The notes beneath the pieces were generated by a model. That model did no database searches. It worked only from the letters and a program-made list of their open reading frames with translations, and was not told the origin of the DNA. The position numbers and the translations under genes are program-made. DNA of 63,475 nucleotides, counting the filler, from Octopus bimaculoides (Eukaryota): the NCBI RefSeq assembly GCF_001194135.2. It is 4 parts of 4 records of this genome, joined end to end, with 100 filler letters (N's around TTAATTAATTAA, not from the genome) between each part and the next. Parts side by side here need not be neighbours in the genome. Positions count along the whole stretch, not along the records: positions 50,149 to 63,475 come from NC_069008.1; 3 more parts are not named here. One strand, 5' to 3'. This document shows positions 62,423 through 63,475 of this stretch, piece by piece (positions within the stretch are counted from its first letter, which is position 1; every line of letters starts with the position of its first letter).

Positions 62423-62632
62423 ATATGCTTGTGTGTCTGTGTTTGTCCCCCCCAACATCGCTCGACAACCGATGCTGGTGTGTTTACGTCCCCGTAACCT
62501 AGCGGTTCGGCAAAAGAGACCGATAGAATAAGTACTAGGCTTCCAAAGAATAAGTCCTGGGGTCGATTTGCTCGACTAAAGGCGGTGCTCCAGCATGGCC
62601 GCAGTCGAATGAGTGAAAAAAGTAAAAGAGTA
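62194..62632 (+). mobile_element. Full-length dimeric tRNA-derived SINE
   Basis: A-box-like tggctgtgtgg, B-box-like ggttcattccc, (TA)n linker, A-rich tail. Confidence 0.88.
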
Positions 62633-63387
62633 TATAAAGATAGGAACAGAGTTATTTCGTTTGGGGCGTTTACCGTCACGTTAAAAAGTGGTTTTAATAT
62701 ATTTTCAAGGATTCGTTAAAATCTATAAATCAAAATAATTATTGCATCAGTATTTACCTGTTTTAGTGATTGGGTTTCAGATTCCGGAATATCTTTAGAA
62801 ATCAGTTAGCTGAAATAGCGGTAAAAATGTGACTCCAGCAACGATGATATTTACAATATTAAGGAAGGAATGGCGTTACCTAGTTGAGTCTGTGTATGTT
62901 TGACTAAACGTCTGTAAGTCGTATGTATGTATGTATGTATGTTGTAGTGTTATCAATGTATGCAGCTGTTGCAATACGTAAGTGTGTGTATGTTGTAGTG
63001 CGTATGCATGTGTTTGTATATTGATGTGTATATGTATGTATTTGTACGTTGTAGTGTGTGTGTGTGTGTGTGTATGCATATATTAGCTCGCTTATATAGT
63101 TTAGTGATTTCAAATAACAAGACACTCTGTAAATAACAGATCTCAATCCCTCCACAAACTCACTTCTACATTCTCTCTCTCCCTCCCTCTCTCCCACCCA
63201 CTCTCCCTAGCTCCCGCCCTCCCTTCCTCTCGCTCCTCTCTCTCTTCCTCTTTCTTTCCCTCTCTCGCTCCTTATCAGTCTCTGTTGACGTCCTTTCCAG
63301 TATCGCTACCACTCTTTTTATTTTTCTCTTTTTTCACCCTTATTTCTTTTCATATATGAATCACATTAGCAATGATTAAATTCACAT

Positions 63388-63443
63388 CCATCCATCCATC
63401 CATCCATCCATCCATCCATCCATCCATCCATCCATCCATCCAT
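63388..63443. repeat. (CCAT)n microsatellite
   Basis: Seen directly. Confidence 0.95.
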
Positions 63444-63475
63444 ACATTATATAAGTACATATACATGCATATATA

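Overview
This is eukaryotic, AT-rich, repeat-dense genomic DNA with many N gaps. It is most likely a coleoid cephalopod (Octopus-like) scaffold; this is inferred from the dimeric tRNA-derived SINE families and the microsatellite load. Most ORFs in the supplied track are microsatellite or SINE artefacts. Supported content: (1) a minus-strand tRNA-Ala cluster at 3.8-10.8 kb with 4 TGC genes, 1 CGC gene and 1 decayed copy; (2) a nest of Penelope-like element (PLE) remnants at 19-27 kb carrying several hammerhead-ribozyme motifs; (3) a ~3.7-kb, apparently single coding exon on the minus strand (50973-54654) encoding a ~1200-aa protein of tandem NHL-like beta-propellers, broken by a few lesions; (4) many transposon remnants: Tc1/mariner, hAT and GG-TIR MITEs (one holding a telomeric-repeat palindrome), R4/Dong-like and RTE-like LINE fragments, and a ~2.2-kb PLE fold-back; (5) a possible decayed three-exon membrane-protein gene at 36.5-39.3 kb. 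All calls were made by eye, with no database search.
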